NCBI GenBank assembly: GCA_964016885.1
Contig: OZ024743.1
Span: forward strand, 54,870,001-54,934,000
Direction: 5' to 3'
Length of the DNA: 64,000 bases
DNA from: Eledone cirrhosa
Lineage: Eukaryota
Part shown: one piece after another, positions 32,617 through 46,230 of the stretch
Layout: every line of letters begins with the position of its first letter
Numbering within the stretch: position 1 is the first letter of the stretch
Translations under genes and position numbers: made by a program
Notes under the pieces: model-generated
The model's input: the letters and a program-made list of their open reading frames with translations, nothing else
The model's database searches: none
Told to the model about the DNA's origin: nothing

Positions 32617-32618
<2 letters not shown>
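31260..32618 (+). mobile_element. Second copy of the 3271-4560 non-coding family; hammerhead 32507-32565
   Basis: Colinear reverse complement of 3271-4560; atac-CTGATGA...GAAA-tgatca-TA-gtat. Confidence 0.8.
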
Positions 32619-32679
<61 letters not shown>

Positions 32680-33170
32680 AAGAATTAGTATATCTACCAA
32701 CATATGTATACAGATGCATACCTATGCTAGCAAATATATAGGTTTTGTTTTAGTAACTTTGTGGTTCTATGCAAGGGGATGCAGAACAATTATATGAAAG
32801 ACGTAAAATAAGAGAATTATGAAAATCAACATACTTACTAAAATTTCACTCCAACTAATTAGTTTCTGTAAGGGAATAAATATGGTTTCGGAACGCAATC
32901 ATAGAGAATCCTTACGTCATCAGGGAGTCTGGAATTGTCCTGGAATTTAGTCCCCGCTCGCTTTTTTCCATCCACTAAATTATTTTTATATAAGTTCCCT
33001 GTGCCCACGCATTGCCTGGGAACTTAGCTGAGCATAGACTCCCTGATGACGTAAGGATTCTCTATGATTGCGTTCCGTAACCATATTTATTCCCTTACAG
33101 AAATTAATTAGTTGGAGTGAAATTTTAGTAAGTAAGTTGATTTTCATAATTCTCTTATTTTACGTCTTTC
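32680..33170. mobile_element. Fold-back copy of the retrozyme-like family; hammerheads 33038-33118 (+) and 32848-32928 (-)
   Basis: actcc-CTGATGA-cgtaagg...ccttaca-GAAA-(c/t)taattag-TT-ggagt on both strands. Confidence 0.85.
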
Positions 33171-33185
33171 ATATATATATATATA

Positions 33186-34332
<1,147 letters not shown>

Positions 34333-34342
34333 CATATATATG

Positions 34343-37300
34343 TGGAGGAATTGTAGTTTACGTGAAGCATTGCGTAATGAGCTATATGCGTTTGGAATTA
34401 GAAGGCCAAAACAATGCAGGTATGGATATAGAATATAAATATAAATGCAAAAGATATTGCTGACAATTAGTCTTTTACCTTAAATTTATTTGAATATCCT
34501 TAATTTTCGAGATTATATCTCTTCTTCGGGGGGAAGTAAAGGGGTTAATCCAGTGTTCTAATTAGCTTGCCAAGTCATGCTGACAGGAAATGGTTTAGAA
34601 ATTCCATTCTATTTCTAATGTCAAATAGTGAAGGTTAGGTGGATAAAGAGTTGTCTCCCTTTAAAAAGGGGTTTGGACATGTATGTTTAAGTGTGTGTGG
34701 GAGAAAGCGTGAAGGTGTAAGCATGCGTGTGTGTGTGTGTGTGCGTGTGTTTGTGAGTATGAGAGGATGTGTTTATATGTAAATGTGGGGGCTAGATGCT
34801 CTATCATGTTAAAACTGGTCTTTGTGTGTGTATGTGTGTGGGTGAGAGAGAATAAGTGGAGGTGTGCGCGTGTGTGTATGTGTGTGTGTGCGCGTGTGTG
34901 TGTGAGAAAGGGTACGTAGCGGTGTAAGTGTGGGGCTAGGTGCTATATCATGTTAAAAATTGGGTGTTGAGTTCTAGTCTGTTATTGATTGGTGGTTGCG
35001 TTTTGTCTATAATCAGTGCTTCTTTAATTCTAAGATTGCCGAGGTTTCTTTCCTTAGCTTCTATCCTAACTATTATGTTTTTGTCAGTGTTTTTGCATTT
35101 CACTAGGTGTTTCTTAGTATTATGGTGTTCTTTTATTCTTATGTGAAGTGGTCTGGTGGTACTACCTATGTAGAAATTGCTGCATTTGTCGCACTCTAAT
35201 CTGTATACAACATATGCCTGGTGGCATAGGTCTGTGTCGTTGATGGGGCAGTTGGCTAGCCTGCAGCGGCTGTCATGTCTGGTGGAGTGTCTTTTTGTTA
35301 ACTATCCGCGTAGAGAAGGTCCTGAGTGGGCTATTTCGATATCTAGTCCCTCTCGTCTGATAGCTCTGCGGATAGCTGTTGTTGTTTCGTCCCTGAAGTG
35401 TGGGAGCATCAGGAAGCAGGTGTTAGTGCCTCGGGTGTGGTGTCTGTTTTTTCTAGCACGGTTCGCGGTAGACGTCGGGTATCCGTTCAGTTTAAGTACT
35501 TCCAGGAAATGTGTGGTGTGTGTGTCTCGGTCTCTTGCGTCGGTGCATTAGTTCGTTCCTTAGCGCTGGCTGAGAGGGCCGATCTGAAATGTACGAACAG
35601 GTCCCTGCTAGAGGCTTTTTTATAGAAGAAGGTGTGGATGTTGCCTTCCTCTGTTAACCTGAGTTGGAAGTCCAAAGGGATAAGGATCCGCGGTCATCGG
35701 GGTGTTCCATGCTGAACTTTATGCTGGAGAATCTCGTGTATATTTTATCCGCTTCTTCACGGGATGATGTAAGGATGAGTATGTCATCTACATATTGGGT
35801 GAAGAATGTATAAGAATGGCAGGTGTTGAGGGCTCGGCATTCTAGCTGATTCATATGAGTGATGGCCAGCAGGCCCGATAGGTTGGATCCCATGGGTAAT
35901 CCTGTTGTCTGTCTGTATGTGTGGTTGTGGAAGGTGAAGTACGTGTTGTCCACTGTGAAGGACAAAATGTCAGTCGGATGGAGGCCGTAGCAGTGGACGT
36001 CCTCTGTGACCACGCAGTCCGTCAATAAATCGACAGCTGGATGAGCGGGGACTGTAGTGTAGAGGGAGGCAACGTCTAGGCCAAATGCGTATCTATTTAA
36101 TTTAAGTTGTTCTGGCTGGAGTTGGTGTAGTCTACGTATGACCACGTCGGAGCTACTGACATGCCCGGGAAAGGTGGAGAGTAGAGGCTTGAGGACCTGG
36201 GAGAGGAGCCAGGAGATTTTGTATAGGGGTCCTTCTATGTTAGAGACGATGGGTCTTATTTGTGTCTTAGTACTATTCTTGTTGGTCTTGATGAGGTGAT
36301 AGAAAGTGGGTAGTCTGCTATTTCTAGTGGTTTAATTGAACTTAAATTTATTTGGGAGTTGTCTTCTACTACAGATGTCGAACCAGATGGAGTTGGCCTG
36401 TTTTTCGATCTGGGCTGCAGTTATTCCAGGATATCTGTATACAGATCGTTCTCGATTAAGTGTTCAAAGGGTAGGTTCTTGTATGTGGCTTGGGAGATGA
36501 CACAAAACTCTTTACCTTTATCGGATGGTAAGTATATGAGTTCCCTATTCCGCAGGTTCTTCAGGGCGAGTTGTTGCGTCCTGGAGAGATTTGGGGCTAT
36601 CTTCTTCTGTTTCCGTAAGATGTTAAATACGGAATGTTTTAGCCTCGAGAGTTTTTCTTCCAGCTCGCGGTTGGCAGGCGGTGGACAGAGTGGGCAGTCC
36701 AGTTGGTATATCGCGAATCTGGTTGTGTTAGATTCTGTGGTGTTGTTGCCGAGGGTCGATATCCATTTTAGTTGGTAGGCGGCCCGACAGAAATTCGTTT
36801 CTATGTCGAGCTATAACTTGTTGTCCAGTCTCTGTTTTAATATGAACTTGGGACCCAGACTGAGGAGGTCTAGTTCATCTCGGGAGAGGGATCCTGTCAA
36901 GTTTGTGACGAGGTGTTTTCTGTCAGGTGTGTTGTTGGCCTGGGTGCTGCTAGGTTCGATGTTGGTACCGTCTTGTTCGCCTCTGTTGGTGCTTAGAGTT
37001 GGATTGTTGTTAAGATGGTCAGTTTGAGAAATGTTTGCTTTATGCGTATTTTCTCGTAATCTCGGCGATGGTGGTAGAACCTGTCTATAGTGGCTGAAAT
37101 TACTCTGAGCAGAGGTTCTGGGGTTTCAGCGAGTTGTGGTACTAGGCTGGAAATAGACCGTATGTGTTGTTGTAGCGTGCGGTGTAGGTTTTGTATGAGT
37201 TTTCTTAGGCAGAATTTTTGTATGTAGCTAAGTGATTGTTTGAGGCCTGGTGATTTGAAGCATGTTGGTAGGTGCAGGTTTTTGATAGTTTTCGGGATGA

Positions 37301-37813
37301 TGTTATTCAGACACCATTTGAGGAAGTTTATTTGGCAGCCGGCTTTGGCGCGCCTTTCAGATAGCTGAAAGAGTTTCTTTACAGTTGTAAACTGGGCCTG
37401 GCTCAGGCGTAAGGAAAGGAGGAAATTGTAGTTTACTTGAAACATTGCGTTATGAGGTATAACTATTTGGAGTTAGAAGGCCAGAACAATGTTGGTATGG
37501 ATATAGAATATAAATACAAATGCAAAAGATATTGCTGACAATTAGTCTTTTACCTTAAATTTATTTGAATATCCTTAATTTTCGAGATAATATCTCTTCT
37601 TCGGAGGGGAGTAAAGGGGTTAATCCAGTGTTCTAATTAGCTTGTGTGTGAGAGAGAGGGTACGTGGAGGTGTAAGTGTGGGGCTAGGTGCTCTTTCATG
37701 TTAAAAATTGGGTGTTGAGTTCTAGTCTGTTATTGATTGGTGGTTGCGTTTTTTCTATAATCAGTGCTTCTTTAATTCTAAGATTGCCGAGGTTTCTTTC
37801 CTTAACTTCTATC
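34343..37813 (-). mobile_element. Near full-length, decayed Penelope/Poseidon-like PLE with direct pLTRs
   Basis: ORF from MFQVNYNFLLSLRL (37445) through PSDKGKEF, LPMGS, QYVDD to YIGSTTRPLHIRIKEH and LRIKEALII..PPINNR; 37420-37645 repeats 34345-34568 and 37645-37813 repeats the ORF 3' end. Confidence 0.9.
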
Positions 37814-37838
37814 CTATATATATGTATATATATATATA

Positions 37839-37894
<56 letters not shown>

Positions 37895-38031
37895 CGGAAT
37901 TCTGGTAAGGAACCAGATGGACCATAACGCACCAGAGTACTCAATACTTAAGGTAGTAGAGTGAGAAATAGGAAAAAGTATGACCCCGACGGCAGAGCTC
38001 AAGCCGTTTCGACGGCTATTTCTGGACTCAG

Positions 38032-38069
<38 letters not shown>

Positions 38070-38073
<4 letters not shown>

Positions 38074-39590
38074 TACAAATATTAATAAAATAGATGTTCT
38101 TTTGATCAATTAAATGTTATTATACATATTTCAGAGGTACAACAGTACGTCCTCATCAGACAAAATATAATGATACATGACATACCCTGAGATGTTAAAT
38201 GGTTAAGATGTAATCAAGGTAGTGATTAACCTATGAGAAAACTCAATATTTATACCCTAATAATGAGAAAATGCGAAAACGTAATAAATTCAATAGAGAA
38301 GGTATGAATAAGAAAAACGTTGTTTTAATGTAACAGTAATAGAGATTTTAAAATGTGGGATACTACAAATTATGATTATCGAGGAAGACGTCTCTGGAAT
38401 TATAATTTTATTACAGTTTAAGAAGGCAACTGATAGATGATTAAAGAGAGTGAGAGATAAAGGGGAGTAATTTATGCAGGAAATTTTTTTCCCCTTAAGG
38501 ACTAAGCGGTTAAGTTTCAAAATATTTAATTTATGTTATTTTAGGGTGAAGAATCAAAATTTTAAGTTTTTAAAAGTTGATGGTTATTTATATTTATTAA
38601 TTTTATAAATTTTATAATTTTTTTAAATGTGTTACATTTCTAAAATTCTGAATTTTATGAAAACAAAATTAAAGGATTTACTAGGCCCGCGAAAGAAAAA
38701 TAAACACTGTTCAATAATTCCTTAAATGTAATCTTTAACAAAAATTACCTATAACAGTGTCAACATTTTCGGTATATAAAATTTATGAAGTAATTATTGT
38801 TAGAAATATCGAAAAATTTATTGTCAAATAGATACATTGTCTAAAGTATAATAATTAACGCAGAGTTTTCAGCCGTGTATATATATATATATATATATAT
38901 ATGCATTTATCGTAATAAATTAATATTTATTATATTATATTAAATCACTATATTAGTTCTACCTTCATGGGAGGAATGAACTCTAAATAATGAATATGTT
39001 ATTGTACAATATATATAGATTTGCCCAAACTATATATAGCGTTAAATCGAAACGGTAATTATGATTAAGTTATTATACATTATAAATATAGATGCAAAAA
39101 ATCAAATGCAGAGATATACGTAACTAATAATATGATTATGTTATTATACAATATACACATATTTGCAAAAAATTAGGTATAGAGAGATATACTAAGTATT
39201 AATGAGACAGTATACTTTTGGTAAATGATAACGATTATAATCATATATAATAGATTCAAACATGAAAAAGTTAAATACATACATATATATAAAAGAGTGT
39301 AAACGCATGAATGATTCACAGTTCAAAATAAGGTCCGTAAAGATTTACAGGTTGGATATTTGAACTATATTTAAAACATAGATAGAAAAATAAAGATAGG
39401 TATACTTAAAAACATGCAAAAGTTAAATACATACATATATATAAATAAAGGAGTGTAAACGCATGAATGATTCACAGTTCAAATTAGGGTCCGTAAAAAT
39501 TTACAGGTTGGATATTTGAACTATATTTAAAACATAGATAGAAAAATTAAAAATAGAATAATTTTGGTATGGATCAAAATAGAGAGCTTG
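38070..39590 (-). mobile_element. AT-rich non-coding PLE-like element; hammerhead 38116-38164; internal ~155-bp tandem duplication
   Basis: ttgt-CTGATGA-gga.gtac tgtt gtac.tct-GAAA-tatgta-TA-ataa on minus; ~39258-39410 repeated at ~39410-39570; far boundary uncertain. Confidence 0.55.
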
Positions 39591-39593
39591 CAA

Positions 39594-41180
39594 TCTATAT
39601 ATATAAAACTGTGGTTGTCTGTCTGTCTATCGATTTTTGGCACACATCTCCTCTTAGAATCTCTCACGGAATTGCACCGAAATTGCTATACTTGTACATT
39701 GAGCCCGAGCGAAGACATCGGAAAAAAATATTTCAAATTGACCCACCCTATGTGACGAAATCGAATATAATGTATCGATTTTTGAGCGTAAGTTATCAGT
39801 TATTTCCCTTTGTTCTGTTTACATTGAGCGTCTTACGTAAAAAATTACGCTGGCTTTCTCAGCGTTTAAAATGACATTAACACAATACACGAACATTCGA
39901 ACACTAAGCTTCCGTTTTGCTTCATTTCCATTTAAAAGCATTTTAAAACAATATTTTTACTTGAAAACAAGTCTATTTAAAGACTACGTAAAACAAGCAA
40001 ATATTTCAGGCGTGCAGACAGACAGTCGTGCAGAGAGGTGATATAGGCGTGCAGACAGACATAACTGATAATTTGGTTACGCTAATGTTTTTCTCTGCGT
40101 TGCAGTGTTTACATTTTCGATCTTTGTTAATAAATAACCAGTGCAGTTTTTATCCCCAGCATCCTCTTTTGTTATAACATTCGGGTTATCGTTATGTTTT
40201 CTTAACTTCATAAGGCATATTGTTGGTTGAGGGAATATTAATCAAAAACACCACATGCAAGTCTGCACAGTAGACACTACAGTTTTTAAGCCAAAAAAGA
40301 AACTTAACATTGTAACTTTAACACAGCTACTGAGCTACCCCGAGCAACGCCGGGCTTTACTGCTAGTCTATATATATAAAACTGTGGTTGTCTGTCTGTC
40401 TATCGATTTTTGGCACACATCTCCTCTTAGAATCTCTGACGGAATTGCACCGAAATTGCTATACTTGTACATTGAGCCCTAGCGAAGACATCGGAAAAAA
40501 GATATTTCAAATTGACCCACCCTATGTGACGAAATCGAATATAATGTATCGATTTTTGAGCGTAAGTTATCAGTTATTTCCCTTTGTTCTGTTTACATTG
40601 AGCGTCTTACGTAAAAAATTACGCTGGCTTTCTCAGCGTTTAAAATGACATTAACACAATACACGAACAGTTGTCGAGCCAGCAAAATATTGACCTGCAA
40701 AATTGATCAGTTCGAACACTAAGCTTCCGTTTTGCTTCATTTCCATTTAAAAGCATTTTAAAACAATATTTTTACTTGAAAACAAGTCTATTTAAAGACT
40801 ACGTAAAACAAGCAAATATTTCAGGCGTGCAGACAGACAGTCGTGCAGAGAGGTGATATAGGCGTGCAGACAGACATAACTGATAATTTGGTTACGCTAA
40901 TGTTTTTCTCTGCGTTGCAGTGTTTACATTTTCGATCTTTGTTAATAAATAACCAGTGCAGTTTTTATCCCCAGCATCCTCTTTTGTTATAACATTAGGG
41001 TTATCGTAATGTTTTCTTAACTTCATAAGGCATATTGTTGGTTGAGGAATATTAATCAAAAACACCACATGCAAGTCTGCACAGTAGACATTACAGTTTT
41101 TAAGCCAAAAAAGAAACTTAACATTGTAACTTTAACACAGCTACTGAGCGACCCCGAGCAACGCCGGGCTTTACTGCTAG
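39594..41180 (+). mobile_element. Non-autonomous Helitron, head-to-tail dimer (39594-40366 and 40367-41180)
   Basis: A|TC 5' end; subterminal hairpin CCCGAGCAACGCCGGG; CTAG|T 3' end; junction CTAG|TC; no target duplication. Confidence 0.85.
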
Positions 41181-41219
41181 TCTACTATAAAAGGTATTCT
41201 TTGATGTACTCATTGAATC

Positions 41220-41344
<125 letters not shown>

Positions 41345-41405
41345 AAACTTGGCCGGGAACAAAAACAGAGAGGCAGTACAAATAAAGGTTTATTAGGTTC
41401 ACGCT

Positions 41406-41456
<51 letters not shown>

Positions 41457-41489
41457 ATATATATATATGTATATATATATATATGAGTA

Positions 41490-42035
41490 TGTATACGTAC
41501 ATATATATATATTCGTACAGTAGTATGTATATACATATACATACATGCACACATATATATATATATGTACGTTTGGATTCACCAAACATTTATTATAATG
41601 CTCGCTGTGTTTGTAAATCATTTTCGGTTCCCCGGCCGATTAACTCACTCGATATGCAAATTAGGCTGCTCAGCTGTTAATATGCATAAGGAAAGTATAT
41701 ACTTTCAGACGTTCAACCATCTGGCAGGAAGGTATACGTTGCTGACGATAGCTAATAAGCTTGAAACTAGTACGGCGTTCCTTTGTCAGTGTTGAACACA
41801 TGAGCAACGATGGTTGCTAGACACTGTACGGCATAATACGGAATGCTTGTTTACAAACACACCGAGCATTACAATAAATGTTCGGTGAATGCATACGTAC
41901 ATATATATATGTGTGCATGTATGTATATATACATACTACTGTACGTCTGTATACATATATGTACGTATACATACTTATATTTAAGGAACAGCCGTACTAA
42001 GAGTGAAAAATGAAATTTCGTTTCATTTTTTCCGT
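41490..42035 (+). mobile_element. PLE-like non-coding element with inverted arm; hammerhead 41736-41778
   Basis: ~41490-41617 is inverted at ~41850-41975; acgttg-CTGACGA-tagct aata agctt-GAAA-ctag-TA-cggcgt. Confidence 0.75.
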
Positions 42036-42806
42036 TTATATATATATGTATATATATATATGTATATATATATGTATATATATATGTATATATATATATA
42101 AGTATATATATATATATATACACATATATATATATATATATACACATATATATATGTGTGTATATATATATATAACGAAGGAGTTATGGTAAGGACCCAG
42201 ATGGACCATAACGCACCAGAGTACTGAATACTTAGGGTAGTAGAGTGGGTAACAGGACAATGTAGGACCCCAACGGCAGACCTCAAGCCGTTTCGACGGC
42301 TATTTCTGGACCTGAAACGGCTTGAGCTCTGCCGTCGGTGTCATACATTTTCCCATATATATATATATATATATATGCATAGTTACAGTCCTTTATGATC
42401 TGAGTTCAAATCCCGCCGACTTACCTTTGCCTTTATATATATGTATATATATTTATATATATATAAAATAGAAATTGGTTTGTTCGTTGTTATTGTCTGA
42501 CAATAACAGGGAGCAAACCATCTTCTATTTTAGCTGCAACTACCCCCAAACCACCAAGTAGGAGAGAGAGAAAGAGATAAACGAAAATGTGAACTCTTCT
42601 ATATGTATGTAAACTCTGTCCTCTAATACACACTTCATATGAATATACACTTTATTATAGACCTTTAATCATATTTCCCGTAACACGAAGAAGCCTAAAC
42701 AGCTGTTGGTTGAATCCGGCACGACAAATTACTTGTTCTAAAATAAACGTTTTGCTGTTATTCTATGAGAAAATTCCATTAGCATTTTCTACTTTTTCTT
42801 ATTTTC

Positions 42807-42845
<39 letters not shown>

Positions 42846-42928
42846 GTTATTCCGGGTTGAATCGGAGGTAACCACAGTAAGTATATTAAAACTATATATA
42901 AGTATATATATAAGTATAAGTATATTAA

Positions 42929-42972
<44 letters not shown>

Positions 42973-43143
42973 CTTAAACCAATAACATATTAAACTTTAT
43001 TGCTTCTTTGGGTTGATAATTTATATGTATATCTCATCTTTTCATTGAGATGTCTAAGTGTTAGAAACAGATAACTTTTTAAATTGATATATATGTATAT
43101 ATATCATGTGTGTATGTACACATACATATGCGCCCGCGCGCGC

Positions 43144-43188
<45 letters not shown>

Positions 43189-43272
43189 TGTGTGTGTGCA
43201 GTATAACTGTAGTTGGAGGATCGAGAATAACAATGCTCAAACTATTGCAAGAGAGCTTATTTGGTATAAATA

Positions 43273-43451
43273 ATTGTTTCTACTTTTGGCACAAGGCCAG
43301 CAATTACCCAGTGCATTACTGGTACTTTATTTTATCGACTCCGTAATGATGAAAGGCAAAGTTAATCTCGGCGTGATTTGAACTCAGAATGGCAAGGGCC
43401 GTAACTCTATGCGTCAACGCATGGCGTCCGACCCTCTACCAATACTGCCAA
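43273..43451 (-). mobile_element. tRNA-derived Nin/Deu-type SINE
   Basis: Near-identical to 5247-5432. Confidence 0.8.
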
Positions 43452-43783
43452 ATGTTTCATACACTTAACAATACTCCTCATGGCTGATGAGGTGGTCATT
43501 TTGGAAGAACCTTTTCCAATATATAGTGGTGATCATAACTGGATCCCGAAACCAATGGTTGCACATACATATTAAGTGTACGAAACATTACTTATATACA
43601 TATATATATATATATATTAATATATATATATATATATATATATTGTGTAGAAATATCCATGATCTCCAGGCGATAACTGATGAAGGAAAATTATCCCCCG
43701 TTCGTGCTTTCCTCTTATTTATAATTACACCTTATCCAGCAACTACACACCCTCTGTTTCTTCTATATATAAATACACACACA

Positions 43784-43907
<124 letters not shown>

Positions 43908-45089
43908 AAGTTTTCTTGGATTGTCTCCCACAATACATCAATCCACGAGAAAAGTCAGAGCCGAAATAAATTCCACAAACCAATTTGTTCTATGTTCTAA
44001 CGATTGCCAGTACTTCGCTGAGTGTATGTGTGTGCATATCCACATGCACACATACACACCAACACACATGGGTATTTATATTATTCACGTCTTTATCAAG
44101 TAAAAGAGTAAACTTTTTTCCTTAAAATTTTCAAATTAGATTTCCTTACGAATTTTGGAAAAAATATAAAAAAACACAATTAAATAACGACAAATTGAAA
44201 TCTATTTTAACTGATTTATCGTGTCATATCTGTGTATGTATTGCTTCCTCTGATCACAAAAATCTAATATTTCGATTCCAAATCAGGGTAGGAAGGTAAC
44301 AGATCCTCTAACAAAACTGGAAATAACTGGCCCAGCAAACATGGTCCGTTAAGTTCTGACCACTTCTTTTCTGTCTTTTATAAAGGCAGAGAATCAATAG
44401 AACGTCAAATAGAATGCTTTCTCTTATTCATTCTGGCTCCCTGCGATCAAATTTCTAATTCCAATGAGGTCAACTTTGCCTTTCATTCATTCGAGGTCGA
44501 TAGAAAAAAGAACCAATCCACAATTAGGGTCGATTTTTCCTCTCTATATTTTTTATTTTCTCTCTATAACTCCCTATCCGTCTCTGGAAGAAATCGGCTT
44601 TGTTTAGATTTAGAAACAGCGATTGACCCTGCTAGGTTTGAAAAACCCAAGAAACGCCGTATGTCAAAGTGTCAGCCCTACGATTCAAACATAATGTACC
44701 GGCCACACGTGCATACAGTGCTATTTATGATGTAGCGAATTGCACACATATATCTTTCTATGTCAAATGTGTATATGTACCGTACTTACATGTAAACGTC
44801 TGGAAAGTTTAACCTAATTTCACAGTCCCTTTAAAGGTCTATACTTGTGATTTTTTTTACTATGCTCTTTCTAGTTTTGTGAAGCCAAACTTCTCAAGAA
44901 AAGCGTTGAGACAATAACATACCCAAGTGCCCCAATGATCACCGGTACAAACCTAAAGCTATATTCAGGGTGCCGTATCTGCGGTTTCTCATTGGTTCGG
45001 GATGTACGTACGTATGTATGTATGTATGTATGTATGTATGTATGTATGTATGTATGTATGTATGTATGTATGTATGTATGTATGTATGT

Positions 45090-45702
45090 TGTGTCAGGTC
45101 ACCAGTTGGTGCTACTGGTAACATGTATCCCAGTACAACCTGTCTCATGGTCGGGTCGTTGGCGACTAAACTGGCAACCCCACCAAGGTTTCTTGGTGAG
45201 GAGGGTGACTTTGGACATCCTGCAGGACTAAAAATAAAACATGTCAAAGGGCAAAGGAACTCTTAAGAGTCAATGGCCATCCAAAATCACCGGGAGAGAT
45301 GACCCCTTAGCCTTTGTCAAGGCAGAATTCTAGGAGAAGGAAAACTCTGATATAACACCTGCAACCCTGATGGTATCCAATGATGTTGACATGTTCTTCT
45401 TTTTGGTAAATATCATCTTGGTTAAGAGAGTGGGACAGGCTTTGTGCAGTGCCTTTGCTCACTATAAAAGCTTCACGGCACAGGCATTGCTTTATATCTG
45501 GAGATCTCTCTGCACTTGTCGTCACATGGTACCATGGGCCCAACACTATGTGTCAATAATTGTCACATGTGTAGTGTTTTTACCAGAGTTTTCAAGTCGC
45601 TGGCTGGACTAAAAAGTCACACTCGTTCAGCGCATCGGTAGGAGTTCTTCTACATGGATATAAAGTAGTGGCTGTACTCGAAAACGAGTAGGCAGCCACC
45701 AT
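45090..45702 (+). mobile_element. ~610-bp non-autonomous RTE-like retroposon in a (TATG)n tract
   Basis: Longest of three copies; (TATG)n on both sides; no protein-like ORF; RTE-style 5' UTR motif and 3' hairpin. The RTE assignment is inferred. Confidence 0.55.
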
Positions 45703-45895
45703 GTGTATGTATGTATGTATGTATGTATGTATGTATGTATGTATGTATGTATGTATGTATGTATGTATGTATGTATGTATGTATGTATGTATGTATGTAC
45801 GTATGTATGGTGGCGTCGGATAAAATATTTTGTAGTATTTGATCTGGCTCAACGGTGCTCCTACGACTCCATTAGTTCAGGTTTTATATATATAT

Positions 45896-45927
<32 letters not shown>

Positions 45928-45965
45928 TTCCTGTGTATGTGCGAGTGTGTATATATATATGTCTG

Positions 45966-46008
<43 letters not shown>

Positions 46009-46015
46009 TTGTTTG

Positions 46016-46047
<32 letters not shown>

Positions 46048-46098
46048 CGTATATATATATATATGTTTGTGTGTATATGCGTGGTTGTGTGCATATGT

Positions 46099-46216
<118 letters not shown>

Positions 46217-46230
46217 ATATATATATATAT

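Noticed and set aside
44287-44343. Possible 57-bp host exon (CAG|GRKVTDPLTKLEITGPANM|GT)
   Set aside because: Weak splice signals, no recognisable homology and no partner exons.
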